Source: Bacteroidales bacterium
Lineage (GTDB): Bacteria > Bacteroidota > Bacteroidia > Bacteroidales > UBA932
Length of the DNA: 64,000 bases
Direction of reading: 5' to 3'
Assembly: GCA_963666385.1 (NCBI GenBank)
Contig: OY762808.1
Span: forward strand, 243,139-307,138
Position numbers and translations under genes: made by a program. Shown piece after piece: positions 26,516 through 36,474 of the stretch (the first letter of the stretch is position 1; each line of letters starts with the position of its first letter). The notes beneath the pieces are model-generated. The model was not told the DNA's origin and ran no database searches. It worked only from the letters and a program-made list of their open reading frames with translations.

Positions 26516-28732
26516 ATGAAAAAGTTATCATTATTTTGCGGGGTATTTTTTATTTCAATCCTTTACCCTTTTACAGAGTCTTTCTCTCAAAAAAAGGAAG
26601 TTGAATCTACCAAACTGGATAGTGTTGTTGTGGATGCCTACAGGGCAGGTAAAAACACACCAGTAACACACTCTTTTTTTGGAAAAAAAGAGCTTTTGAA
26701 AAGTTCTCCTGTACAATCCGTTCCTATGCTGCTCTCTTTCATGCCTTCTGTTGTTTCAAGCACAGAGGGGGGAAGTGGTCTGGGTAACTCTATGTTGCGC
26801 ATAAGAGGAAGTGAGGGTACCAGGATAAATGTTACCCTTAATGGAATTGCTTTGAATGATGGAGAATCACAACAAGTATTTTGGGTGAATATCCCGGCTT
26901 TCCAGAGTTTTTTGCAGGATATACAGGTTATGAGGGGTGTTGGTACATCTGTCAATGGATCGGGAGCATTTGGAGCAAGCATTAACATGAGGACTCTTTT
27001 TACTTCACCGGAACCATATGGTTTGGCAGAGTTTGGTGCTGGAAGCTACAATACTTTTTTAACTACTGTTGGAGCAGGAAGCGGGAAAATGGATAACGGA
27101 CTTTCATTTGATATCAGGTTTTCCAGAAATTCCAGCGATGGCTATATAAGGAATGCCAAATCTGACCTTAAATCGTTATATGCTTCTGCAGGATGGCATA
27201 AAGGAAGTAGTGCTCTCAGGATAAACTACATTATGGGAGACCAGGCATCTGGGATAACTTGGGAAGGTATTTCCAGGGAACAGGCACAAGAGGACAGACG
27301 GTTCAATCCTGCAGGATTATATTACGATCAAGGTGGTAATGTGCGTTATTATGACAATGAAACGGACAATTACACACAGCACCATATCCAGCTGCATTTT
27401 TCTCACTATTTCAATCCATCCTTGGCTTTGGGAACAACCCTCCATTTTACAAAGGGCGATGGTTATTACCAAAACTACAAAGCCTCCAAAAAATTTTCTG
27501 ATTACGGACTTGCAGAACAAGTGATAGATAATACAACCTACAATAAGTCCGATTTTATAATAAGGCAGGCTATGGACAATAATTACACTGCTGTCAATTC
27601 TTCACTTACATATACCGGAAATAAAATTAAAAGCACAACCGGTGCCACCATTTCATATTATGATGGAGATCATTTTGGAAAGGTTTTATGGAGCATGTAT
27701 AACCAAAACCTGCCAGATGAACATCAGTGGTACATGAACAGGGGAATCAAATGGGATTTTTCTGGCTTTACAAAAGTGGAATACGAAATAATCCCTAAAA
27801 CGGTTGCATTTGCTGACCTTCAATACCGCCACATAGGTTTTGACCTTTCTGGTATGGATAAGGACTTTGTCTCATTGGTATGGGATAATGATTATGATTT
27901 CTTCAACCCTAAATTCGGGCTTACTTTCAACTCAAGCAAATCTGCACAATTTTATGGTTCTGTAGCCATCGGAAGAAAAGAACCGGGAAGGTCAGATGTG
28001 AAAGAATCAATAAAAGCCGGTAAAGCAGAAGATATCAAGCCCGAAAAACTAACCGATTACGAACTCGGAGTTAGGTTCATGAAAAAAAGATTTCAGGTAG
28101 AGGCCAACATCTATTTGATGGAATACAAAGATCAGCTGGTTCCGACAGGGAAAATAAGCGAAACTGGTTATGTTATCAAGGAGAATGTCAAGGATTCCTA
28201 CAGGAGGGGAGTGGAAATATCATCTAAATGGGTGCCTTATGAATTTATCAGTTTGGATGCAAATTTGGCCCTGAGTACCAATAAAATCCTGGATTTCACT
28301 CAATACTACGACCTTTATGATACAGATTGGTCATTTGTTGGGCAGGTATCGGAGTATTTCAAAGAGACCAACATCTCCTTTTCGCCATCAACAGTGGGTA
28401 TGGCAGCATTGACACTATTCCCGGTCAAGGATGGGTATTTAAGACTCTCGGGAAAGTTTGTAGGGAAACAATACATGGACAACACATCTGATGAGACCAC
28501 TTCAATCCCCTCTTATTTTACAGCTTCTCTGAATTTGGGTAAAACATTTGAAATCAAGAAAGATCGTATGATGGACTTGAGCCTCTTTGTAGATAACATG
28601 ACAAACCATATGTATTTTTCAAATGGATGGACATACAAAGCCAGGTTTACAGATGGCACCAACTATCTGGAAGAGGGAATTTATCCCCAAGCTGGAATAA
28701 ATGTTACTTTCAAGGTTTCAATGAGATTCTAA
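26516..28732 (+). CDS. TonB-dependent outer-membrane receptor (TPP-riboswitch controlled, putative thiamine-related uptake)
   Basis: Signal peptide and plug domain (VVVDAYRAG...MLRIRGSEGTRINVTLNGIALND). Long beta-barrel region ending in the terminal aromatic motif FKVSMRF. Sits directly behind the riboswitch. Confidence 0.85.
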   Translation: MKKLSLFCGVFFISILYPFTESFSQKKEVESTKLDSVVVDAYRAGKNTPVTHSFFGKKELLKSSPVQSVPMLLSFMPSVVSSTEGGSGLGNSMLRIRGSEGTRINVTLNGIALNDGESQQVFWVNIPAFQSFLQDIQVMRGVGTSVNGSGAFGASINMRTLFTSPEPYGLAEFGAGSYNTFLTTVGAGSGKMDNGLSFDIRFSRNSSDGYIRNAKSDLKSLYASAGWHKGSSALRINYIMGDQASGITWEGISREQAQEDRRFNPAGLYYDQGGNVRYYDNETDNYTQHHIQLHFSHYFNPSLALGTTLHFTKGDGYYQNYKASKKFSDYGLAEQVIDNTTYNKSDFIIRQAMDNNYTAVNSSLTYTGNKIKSTTGATISYYDGDHFGKVLWSMYNQNLPDEHQWYMNRGIKWDFSGFTKVEYEIIPKTVAFADLQYRHIGFDLSGMDKDFVSLVWDNDYDFFNPKFGLTFNSSKSAQFYGSVAIGRKEPGRSDVKESIKAGKAEDIKPEKLTDYELGVRFMKKRFQVEANIYLMEYKDQLVPTGKISETGYVIKENVKDSYRRGVEISSKWVPYEFISLDANLALSTNKILDFTQYYDLYDTDWSFVGQVSEYFKETNISFSPSTVGMAALTLFPVKDGYLRLSGKFVGKQYMDNTSDETTSIPSYFTASLNLGKTFEIKKDRMMDLSLFVDNMTNHMYFSNGWTYKARFTDGTNYLEEGIYPQAGINVTFKVSMRF

Positions 28733-28745
28733 AACTTTTTCAATC

Positions 28746-29315
28746 ATGGGTATTGCAGAGATTTTCGGAGCTGTCAGCGGATTGTTGTATGTTCTCCTTG
28801 AGATAAGGCAAAACAAATTCATGTGGATAGTTGGGGGAATCTCTGCATTGGTTTATTTGGTTGTTTTCTTTGATTCTGCACTTTACGCCTCCTTTGGTCT
28901 GCAACTCTATTATGTGTGGGCCAGTGTTTATGGTTGGGTGAAATGGAACAGGCTTTCTATAAATGCCACAGCCGAAGACCCTGCTGTATATCCACTTGCA
29001 GGTTATAAGGCTTTCCTCTCCGGTATTGTGGCCACAGCTGGTTTTGCAGTTCTTTGGTATATACTTGCAAATTTCACAGAAGATCCTATGCCTGTGCTAG
29101 ATGCAATGATTGCCTCATTGAGTATGCTGGCTACTTATTGGGTAGCAAATAAATATATACAACACTGGATGTTATGGATTGTAGCCGATGTAATGGCTGT
29201 ATATATGTACCTTTCTCAAGGATTATATGCAACTGTTATCCTGTATTTTATATACATTATTGCTGCTATTGCAGGGTTCTTGCACTGGAGAAAGTTTACC
29301 AAGGTTTTGGATTAG
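28746..29315 (+). CDS. PnuC-family transporter (PnuT-like thiamine or nicotinamide riboside transporter)
   Basis: 189 aa, about 7 TM helices, Trp-rich motifs (WIVGGISALVY, YWVANKYIQHWMLWIVADV) typical of the PnuC family. The context behind a TPP riboswitch points to thiamine. Confidence 0.75.
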   Translation: MGIAEIFGAVSGLLYVLLEIRQNKFMWIVGGISALVYLVVFFDSALYASFGLQLYYVWASVYGWVKWNRLSINATAEDPAVYPLAGYKAFLSGIVATAGFAVLWYILANFTEDPMPVLDAMIASLSMLATYWVANKYIQHWMLWIVADVMAVYMYLSQGLYATVILYFIYIIAAIAGFLHWRKFTKVLD

Positions 29316-29328
29316 GCTTAAAAATTCC

Positions 29329-29336
29329 TAATTTTG
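29329..29336 (+). promoter_or_regulatory. -7 promoter motif (TAATTTTG) for the kinase/murQ pair
   Basis: TAnnTTTG lies 22 nt upstream of ATG 29358. This supports the shorter start. Confidence 0.4.
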
Positions 29337-29357
29337 CCCCACCAAAAAATACAAATT

Positions 29358-30194
29358 ATGCGATTGATTGCAGACAGTGGCTCGACAAAAGTAGATTGGA
29401 GGGCAATACACAGTGACGGATCTGTGCAGAAAATTACTACTGCCGGAATAAATCCATTTTTCCAAACGGAAGAACAAATCATATACGAACTCCAACAGCA
29501 TTTGCTTCCGGATATAAGTGCTTCTGTAAATGAGATCCATTTTTATGGGGCCGGAGTCTCTTCTCCAGATCAGGTTAAAATTTTGCAAAATTGTTTCAGG
29601 ACAGTCTTCCCTAAAGCACGCACAAGTGCTTATACAGATTTACTGGCAGCTGCCAGGGCTTTGTGTGGCAACAAACCTGGTATTGCAGGTATCCTTGGAA
29701 CAGGGGCAAACTCCTGTTTTTATGATGGAAGGGAAATAAAGGACAATGTTCCTGCTTGTGGTTTTATCTTAGGTGACGAAGGGAGTGGGGCAGTGCTTGG
29801 TAAAAAGTTTGTGTCTGATTACCTAAAAAGACAGCTTCCTGAAGATTTGAGCAACGCTTTCACACAAAAATATAACCTGACTTATTCCGGTGTTGTAGAA
29901 AGGGTTTACAAAAAACCTTTTCCAAACAGGTATCTGGCTACCTTTTCTGTGTTCCTGAACGATAACAGGAACCATCCTTATATTGACAAACTCCTCAGGA
30001 ATAGTTTTGAAGAGTTTTTCACCCGCAACATAATGCAGTACGATTACAAAAAGTACAAAGTAAACCTTGTTGGTTCTGTAGCATTTCATTACAGGGATAT
30101 TTTGGAAGATGTAGCAAAGAAATTGGAGATAAAGATTGGAACAATACTAAAATCCCCAATTGACGGTTTGGCCGAATACCACAAGTCTATCTAA
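29358..30194 (+). CDS. BadF/BadG/BcrA/BcrD-type sugar kinase (N-acetylglucosamine or MurNAc kinase-like)
   Basis: MRLIADSGSTKVDW N-terminal ATPase motif. GTGANS and ILGDEGSG motifs of the ASKHA sugar kinase fold. Immediately upstream of murQ. Confidence 0.7.
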   Translation: MRLIADSGSTKVDWRAIHSDGSVQKITTAGINPFFQTEEQIIYELQQHLLPDISASVNEIHFYGAGVSSPDQVKILQNCFRTVFPKARTSAYTDLLAAARALCGNKPGIAGILGTGANSCFYDGREIKDNVPACGFILGDEGSGAVLGKKFVSDYLKRQLPEDLSNAFTQKYNLTYSGVVERVYKKPFPNRYLATFSVFLNDNRNHPYIDKLLRNSFEEFFTRNIMQYDYKKYKVNLVGSVAFHYRDILEDVAKKLEIKIGTILKSPIDGLAEYHKSI

Positions 30195-30204
30195 TAATTT
30201 TATC

Positions 30205-31020
30205 ATGACAAGAGTAACAGAACAATCTTCGAAATACAATAACCTGGACAAGATGTCTACAAATGACTTGCTTGTCAATATGAACAATGAGGATAAAACG
30301 GTTCCATATGCAGTGGAGAAATGTATTCCCAACATAGAGAAACTGGTTGACGGCATTGTGCAAAGGATGCAGAAAGGCGGAAGGCTTTTTTACCTGGGTG
30401 CCGGAACAAGCGGACGCCTGGGAATTTTGGATGCCTCGGAAATACCTCCCACTTTTGGAGCTCCCTATGATTTGGTAATAGGGCTTATTGCAGGAGGAGA
30501 TTCTGCAATAAGGAAAGCAGTTGAAGCTGCCGAAGATAGTTGGGAAGGTGGTTGGAATGATGTCATGGAATATGATGTGTGCGAGAATGATGTGTTGGTT
30601 GGTATTGCAGCATCAGGAACAACTCCGTATGTTATTGGAGCTGTGAAAGAGGCCAGGTCAAGAGGAATTCTTACTGGTTGCGTTACATGTAATCCTGACA
30701 GTCCTCTTTCAAAAGAGGTTGAAATACCCATAGAAGCTGTTGTAGGCCCCGAATTTGTAACAGGAAGCACCAGGATGAAAGCAGGAACTGCCCAGAAACT
30801 GGTACTCAACATGATTACAACTACATCCATGATAAAGTTAGGCCGTGTCAAAGGAAACAAAATGGTGGATATGCAGCTTACAAATGCAAAACTTGTAGAC
30901 AGGGGTACCAGGATGATAATGGATGAGGCTTCAATTTCTGATTACGAACAAGCAAAGGAACTTTTGATGACACACGGTTCTGTCAGAAAGGCTGTGGATT
31001 TTTATTTGAAAAGCCGTTAA
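30205..31020 (+). CDS. murQ: N-acetylmuramic acid 6-phosphate etherase
   Basis: SIS domain with GAGTSGRLGILDASEIPPTFG and GIAASGTTPYV. TGSTRMKAGTAQK motif. Start set to MTRVTEQ after the upstream stop. Confidence 0.9.
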   Translation: MTRVTEQSSKYNNLDKMSTNDLLVNMNNEDKTVPYAVEKCIPNIEKLVDGIVQRMQKGGRLFYLGAGTSGRLGILDASEIPPTFGAPYDLVIGLIAGGDSAIRKAVEAAEDSWEGGWNDVMEYDVCENDVLVGIAASGTTPYVIGAVKEARSRGILTGCVTCNPDSPLSKEVEIPIEAVVGPEFVTGSTRMKAGTAQKLVLNMITTTSMIKLGRVKGNKMVDMQLTNAKLVDRGTRMIMDEASISDYEQAKELLMTHGSVRKAVDFYLKSR

Positions 31021-31029
31021 TATTACAAA

Positions 31030-31650
31030 ATGTTTAAGCGGAACCTTTCATCTGTGCTTTTAGCCTCTGCGGTCGAAGAATTAGCTTCACTGCCCGGTAT
31101 CGGCAAGAAGAGTGCCCTAAGGTTTGCGTTGCATTTGCTGGAACAGCCTAGGGAGAATGTGGAAAGATTCAGCAAAGCCATAACAAATATGCGGAACGGA
31201 CTGATACATTGTTCGGTTTGCAATATGATATCAGATTCAGAGACCTGTCCTATATGCTCAGACAGCAGAAGGGACAGGTCTCTTGTTTGTGTGGTTGAGA
31301 GCATCAGGGATGTGATCAGTATCGAGAATACAGGTGAATTCAACGGATTGTACCATGTCCTGGGAGGAATCATATCTCCAATGGATGGGATATCTCCATC
31401 TAACCTAAAAATTGACAATCTTGTAGAAAGAGTTTCTCAAGGCCAAATAAAGGAAGTTTTCATGGCATTGAGCACTACAATGGAGGGAGAAACCACAACG
31501 TACTATATTTATAAAAAAATCAGTAGATTCCCTATTGCAGTTAGTACAATTGCAAGAGGTGTTGGGTTTGGTGACAATCTGGAATATGCCGATGAATTGA
31601 CCTTAGGCAGGTCCATTGCCAACAGACAACCTTTTAAGCCAGAAAATTAG
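31030..31650 (+). CDS. recR: recombination protein RecR
   Basis: HhH at the N-terminus (LPGIGKKSALRFA). C4 zinc finger CSVCNMISDSETCPICSD. Toprim VVESIRDVISIE. Confidence 0.9.
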   Translation: MFKRNLSSVLLASAVEELASLPGIGKKSALRFALHLLEQPRENVERFSKAITNMRNGLIHCSVCNMISDSETCPICSDSRRDRSLVCVVESIRDVISIENTGEFNGLYHVLGGIISPMDGISPSNLKIDNLVERVSQGQIKEVFMALSTTMEGETTTYYIYKKISRFPIAVSTIARGVGFGDNLEYADELTLGRSIANRQPFKPEN

Positions 31651-31664
31651 TAAAAATAAATATT

Positions 31665-33167
31665 ATGCATGAATTTCCATTATCGTGGCTATTGACAGCC
31701 TTTACAGTTTACACTGCACTGTTGTTTTTTGTGTCTTGGTTGACATCCAGAAAAGCAGATTCAGGGTCCTATTTCCTTGGTAACAAAAAGTCTCCATGGT
31801 TCGTGGTTGCTTACGGAATGGTGGGAACTTCAATTTCGGGTGTGACTTTCATATCTGTACCTGGTAACGTCCTGAATCAAAACTTCTACTATATGCCATT
31901 GGTTTTAGGCTTTGTGCTAGGCTACATAGTAATTGCGCAGGTTTTGATTCCTCTTTATTACAAGATGAACCTTACATCCATTTATTCATACCTGGAAAAC
32001 CGGTTTGGATTCTTTACCTACAAAACGGGTGCTACCGTTTTTATGGTCTCAAGGATACTCGGTGCAGCTGTAAGGATATTTGTAGTAGTATTGGTTTTGC
32101 ACACATTCTTGCCCGAAGGATCTGTCCCGTTTTGGCTTGTGGCATTTGTTTTCATGTTCCTGATATTCCTTTACACTTTCAAAGGAGGGGTAAAGACAAT
32201 CATCTGGACGGATGTGCTCCAGACAACCTTTATGCTGCTTGCTGTATTCCTTACAATATATACCATTGCGCAGCAAATGGATTGGGGAATCAAGGATATG
32301 ATATCTGCAGTAAATGCTTCTGAATATTCAAATTGGCTTGACTGGGAGTGGAGCAACGGCACCAATGCCATTAAACAATTCATTGCCGGGATGTTTATTA
32401 CAATTGTAATGACTGGTCTTGACCAGGAGATGATGCAAAAGAATCTCTCCTGCAAGAATATTTCAGAAGCTAAAAAGAATGTCTATACCACAAGTATCAC
32501 AATTGTTGTTGTGAATTACTTTTTCTTGTTGTTGGGTGCAGTATTGGCACTTTATGTAAATTCTCACTTGGGAGGAATGGAAGGGATTAACCTTGCAGAT
32601 GCCGAAGGGGTATTTACCAAAGCACAAACAGATAAGCTGTTTCCTACAATTGCAAGCCAGTATCTTGGCCTTGGGGTTGGACTTTTCTTTATTGTGGGAT
32701 TGATTTCGGCATCATATCCTAGTGCCGGAGGAGCTCTGACATCGCTCACAACATCTTTCTGCATTGACTTTGTAGGTTTCAACAAAAGAAATGATTTGTC
32801 AGAAGAGAGAAAAACAACTATCCGTAAAAGGGCTCATGCCAGTTTTGCTGTGCTGTTTTTCATAATAATAGTTATCCTTAACATTGTAAACAACCAGGCA
32901 ATCATTGATTTGGTATATTTACTTGCAGCCTATACATATGGCCCGTTACTTGGATTCTTCTTCTTTGGATTGCTCACCAACTACAAGGTAAAGGACAGGT
33001 TCATGCCATATGTGGCATTGGGTTCTCCTATCCTCTGCTTTATATTAGATTATGTTGGAAACCAGTTTTTTGGCTTTGGTTTTGGATTTACAATATTAAT
33101 AGTAAACGGTTTGTTTACATTCCTTGGTATGTTCATATTCAAGGAAAAAGATAAATTTGTTAAATAG
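31665..33167 (+). CDS. sodium:solute symporter (SSS) family transporter
   Basis: 500 aa with 13-14 hydrophobic helices. YFLGNKKSPWFVVAYGMVGTSISGVTFISVPG resembles the SSS N-terminal signature. Confidence 0.8.
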   Translation: MHEFPLSWLLTAFTVYTALLFFVSWLTSRKADSGSYFLGNKKSPWFVVAYGMVGTSISGVTFISVPGNVLNQNFYYMPLVLGFVLGYIVIAQVLIPLYYKMNLTSIYSYLENRFGFFTYKTGATVFMVSRILGAAVRIFVVVLVLHTFLPEGSVPFWLVAFVFMFLIFLYTFKGGVKTIIWTDVLQTTFMLLAVFLTIYTIAQQMDWGIKDMISAVNASEYSNWLDWEWSNGTNAIKQFIAGMFITIVMTGLDQEMMQKNLSCKNISEAKKNVYTTSITIVVVNYFFLLLGAVLALYVNSHLGGMEGINLADAEGVFTKAQTDKLFPTIASQYLGLGVGLFFIVGLISASYPSAGGALTSLTTSFCIDFVGFNKRNDLSEERKTTIRKRAHASFAVLFFIIIVILNIVNNQAIIDLVYLLAAYTYGPLLGFFFFGLLTNYKVKDRFMPYVALGSPILCFILDYVGNQFFGFGFGFTILIVNGLFTFLGMFIFKEKDKFVK

Positions 33168-33201
33168 TAATCTCTTAGGATTACACAACATTTCATATAT
33201 T

Positions 33202-33243
33202 GGAGCTGCCTGTTTTAAAAACCATGGCAGCTCCTTTCTTTAT
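33202..33243 (+). terminator. rho-independent terminator after the SSS transporter gene
   Basis: ggagctgcc-15 nt loop-ggcagctcc followed by tttctttatt. Confidence 0.6.
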
Positions 33244-33268
33244 TGGTTGACTTTTGGATAATTTGTTT

Positions 33269-33276
33269 TAACTTTG
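33269..33276 (+). promoter_or_regulatory. -7 promoter motif (TAACTTTG) for the MqnA-like gene
   Basis: TAnnTTTG lies 21 nt upstream of ATG 33297. Confidence 0.45.
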
Positions 33277-33296
33277 CATGGTTGTAGCTGTACATT

Positions 33297-34064
33297 ATGC
33301 CTATCCGTATTTCTATCATATCATATCTCAATACAGTCCCTTTTGTGTACGGATTGCAAAACCATCCTATTGCAAAGGAACTTGAATTCCATTACTCTAC
33401 TCCATCCCAGGCAGCTAAGGATGTGTCGGAAGGGAAAACCGATTTGGGAATCATACCATCTGCAGTGATTCCTTATATAAAGGGTGGTGAGATAATTTCC
33501 GATTATTGTATTGGAGCACAAGATAACGTAGCTAGTGTGCTGCTATGCAGTAGCAAACCTATTTCTGAAATTGATTTGGTTTACCTTGACCAGGATTCCA
33601 GAACTTCTGTCCTGCTTTCCAGGATTCTGTTCAGGAAATATTGGAAAAGGGACCCAATGTATGCAAAATTTGACTTTGCAAAAGAGAGCCTTGACTATTC
33701 CAAAACATATATTTTGATTGGCGACAAAGCCCTTAATTTTGGTAGTAAATTTGATTATGTATACGACCTTGCCACCGAATGGAACAGGTTTACCGGGTTA
33801 CCTTTTGTATTTGCCTGTTGGGCATCGGGTCGTAAACTGGATGCGGGGTTTGTCAACGAATTGAACCTGGCTTTGAAGATGGGTGTCCAAAACATCGAAC
33901 TTGCTGCAAAAACCATAAAGCATGAATTCGATTACCAATATGCGGTAAATTATTTGTCAACCAATATTTCTTACGATCTTAACCGGGACAAGCGAAAAGG
34001 TTTGTCTGAGTTCTGGAGCCTCGCTTTGGAAGAACTCAAATCCAAAGTCCGATGGTTTGGCTAG
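33297..34064 (+). CDS. MqnA/MqnD-family periplasmic-binding-fold protein (chorismate dehydratase-like, futalosine pathway)
   Basis: IRISIISYLNTVPFVYGL N-terminus, SQAAKDVSEGKTDLGIIPS and LPFVFACWA resemble MqnA. No other mqn genes are in the window. Confidence 0.65.
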   Translation: MPIRISIISYLNTVPFVYGLQNHPIAKELEFHYSTPSQAAKDVSEGKTDLGIIPSAVIPYIKGGEIISDYCIGAQDNVASVLLCSSKPISEIDLVYLDQDSRTSVLLSRILFRKYWKRDPMYAKFDFAKESLDYSKTYILIGDKALNFGSKFDYVYDLATEWNRFTGLPFVFACWASGRKLDAGFVNELNLALKMGVQNIELAAKTIKHEFDYQYAVNYLSTNISYDLNRDKRKGLSEFWSLALEELKSKVRWFG

Positions 34065-34116
34065 TTCCTTTTGCGAATCAAGCCGGGATGTCAAACTTTA
34101 TTAATCGGATGGAATT

Positions 34117-35064
34117 ATGCTCGAAATATTTTACAAACAAAAAGGACAGTTGGTTACAACAAGCGAAATTGAAGCTTTGGATAACCTTGGTTACGATGAT
34201 ATACTCTGGATAGACCTTACTTCTCCAACAGGAGAAGAGAAGAGAGCAATTGAAGAATACCTTAACACTACGTTGCAAAGCCGTGCCCAGGCAGAGGAGA
34301 TTGAAAGTTCTTCCCGATATTCAGAATCTGAAACAACTATTTTTGCTAATACAAACTTCTTGATACCTGGTCCCGAAGAGTACACCATGGAGGCTGTTTC
34401 ATTTATCATATGCGAAGGAATAATTGTCTCTATCAAGCATGTTGCATTGAGAAGCTTTACCGATGTGCAAAGGAGGCTTGTTGCAAACTACAGGTCCATG
34501 CAGACCGGTTATCATATCCTGATTGGTATTTTGGAAAACCGGATAGACTTGGATGCCGATATGATTGAGCTGATGTCAAAGGAGATAGCTTCATTTAGCA
34601 AACGGGTTGGCCACGGAGGCCAAATGGGAGAGGAGTTTATATTGGATATCAACCAGCTTCAGGAGAATACAATGTTGGTAAGGGAAAACATCGTAGACAA
34701 GCAGAGGATGATTTCAAGTATTCTTAAAAGCGACAAGTTTCCCCGTGACGTTTACAATAAATTGAATGTTTTGATCAAAGACGTCAATTCCCTTATCAAC
34801 CACACCAATTTCAGTTTTGAAAGGTTGGAATACCTCCAGAATACAGTTCTGGGTTTGATTAACCTTGAACAGAACCGTATAATGAAGATATTCACTTTTG
34901 TATCCCTTTTGTTTATGCCTCCAACCGTTATTGCAAGTATCTACGGTATGAATGTTGACCTTCCCGTGATGGGGGGGCTAATTGATTTTGCCATAATCAT
35001 GACAATCATGCTGGTATCTGTTGTTACTGCATCAATCCTTTTCAGAAGGAAAAAGATGATGTGA
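34117..35064 (+). CDS. corA: magnesium/cobalt transporter CorA
   Basis: YGMNV (GMN motif) between two C-terminal TM helices. 315 aa. Confidence 0.85.
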   Translation: MLEIFYKQKGQLVTTSEIEALDNLGYDDILWIDLTSPTGEEKRAIEEYLNTTLQSRAQAEEIESSSRYSESETTIFANTNFLIPGPEEYTMEAVSFIICEGIIVSIKHVALRSFTDVQRRLVANYRSMQTGYHILIGILENRIDLDADMIELMSKEIASFSKRVGHGGQMGEEFILDINQLQENTMLVRENIVDKQRMISSILKSDKFPRDVYNKLNVLIKDVNSLINHTNFSFERLEYLQNTVLGLINLEQNRIMKIFTFVSLLFMPPTVIASIYGMNVDLPVMGGLIDFAIIMTIMLVSVVTASILFRRKKMM

Positions 35065-35081
35065 TTGTAAAACCACATCAT
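35056..35081. terminator. hairpin spanning the convergent corA and POT stop codons (possible bidirectional terminator)
   Basis: atgatgtg-10 nt-cacatcat is a perfect 8-bp stem. Only a weak T tract follows (tttg). Confidence 0.3.
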
Positions 35082-36370
35082 TTGTTCCCGACATTCTTGG
35101 CAATGAACTTATTGTAAAGGGCAAGGGAAATCATGCTCACGATTCCGATTACTACCAATATGATCCATAATGTCCTGGGCTGGTTTAGGTTGTCAACAAA
35201 CCTAACATAAAGGGATGCCCCCAGGAATCCACCAATGCTGCTGCCTATCACTCCGTACAGGAATGAGTATCCAAGGTAAAGAGCCTTTTTGTCGGCAGGG
35301 GCTATCAATCCAATATAAGAGATGAATTTTGGGTGTGTTGTCATTTCACCCAAGGTGAACACCATTATTCCTGTAATGAAAATCCATGGAGATGAAGAGA
35401 TGGCCAGAATTGCAAATCCCAATGTACCGATACCCATCCCGGTTATCATGGTGGGAAGTGCAGGTGCTTTTTTTACCAGGCTGGAAACCAATAATTGCAA
35501 AAGCACTATTACTCCGGCATTTATTACGGTCACGTGTTCCACATCAAAATGCCATGATGGATTTTCTACAAACAATCCCAGGAATGAGTTGACAGCAGCA
35601 TTCACGGCAGTCATGTCGACGTAATCCTTCACATACCATAATACAGTGCCAAACATTTGGAAATAAAGAATCCAGAAAGCAGAATAGAGGAATATCATCA
35701 AAATAAACCTCCAGTCCCGGATAACCATAAACATCTCCTTGAAAACAACTGAAAGAGTTTTGTTGCTTTTTTCCCGTTTGGGCTCCTTGTATATGAACAA
35801 ATTGATCACAAGCAGTAAAACACCGGATATGGCAGCCATATAGAAGATATAACTATATGAGTAGCTTTTTAATATTGGCACCAGAATCAAAGGGAATAAC
35901 AGGGCACCCAGGTTGATAGACCAGTAAAAAATACCAAACCCCAAACCAGAATTGGATTCATTCGTAGTCCTGGCAATTGTCCCGGATATGACTGGCTTGA
36001 AGAACCCGGCTCCCAAAGCCATAATTATCAAAGAACCAAAAACAAGCCCGTAACTTTGTGATATTCCGGTAAGGTAATAGCCTGCTATCATGCATGAAAA
36101 GGCAAAGAACAAAACTTTCTTGTATCCGTACCTGTCTGCTATAGCTCCTGAAATAATTGGCAATAAATAAAGTAATGGCGGGATTGTTCCCAGAATTGCT
36201 CCAGCCTGCTCCTTGCTGAAACCTAGTCCGCCGCTATCTGCACTCAAAATCAGGAATACAGAGAGTACAGACATTACACCATAGTAGGAACCTCTTTCAA
36301 AAAATTCCATTACAATAACAGTCCAGAATGTCTTGGGAAATGATTTTATACCGGTTTGGTTTTTATCCAT
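35078..36370 (-). CDS. proton-dependent oligopeptide transporter (POT/PTR2, MFS)
   Basis: FWTVIVMEFFERGSYYGVMSVL matches the POT ExxERFxYYG motif. About 12 TM helices. ATG 36370 preferred over TTG 36376. Confidence 0.8.
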   Translation of the reverse strand: MDKNQTGIKSFPKTFWTVIVMEFFERGSYYGVMSVLSVFLILSADSGGLGFSKEQAGAILGTIPPLLYLLPIISGAIADRYGYKKVLFFAFSCMIAGYYLTGISQSYGLVFGSLIIMALGAGFFKPVISGTIARTTNESNSGLGFGIFYWSINLGALLFPLILVPILKSYSYSYIFYMAAISGVLLLVINLFIYKEPKREKSNKTLSVVFKEMFMVIRDWRFILMIFLYSAFWILYFQMFGTVLWYVKDYVDMTAVNAAVNSFLGLFVENPSWHFDVEHVTVINAGVIVLLQLLVSSLVKKAPALPTMITGMGIGTLGFAILAISSSPWIFITGIMVFTLGEMTTHPKFISYIGLIAPADKKALYLGYSFLYGVIGSSIGGFLGASLYVRFVDNLNQPRTLWIILVVIGIVSMISLALYNKFIAKNVGNK

Positions 36371-36466
36371 GATCAATTATGTTTAAGTTTCTCCAAAGAT
36401 AATTTGAAATTACAAGAAACCAAATCGAAAACAGATAAATTATTTGTGGGTTTGTAAAAAAAACAC

Positions 36467-36474
36467 TACTTTTG
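36467..36474 (+). promoter_or_regulatory. -7 promoter motif (TACTTTTG) for rpsA
   Basis: TAnnTTTG lies 63 nt upstream of ATG 36537, which implies a leader of about 60 nt. Confidence 0.4.
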
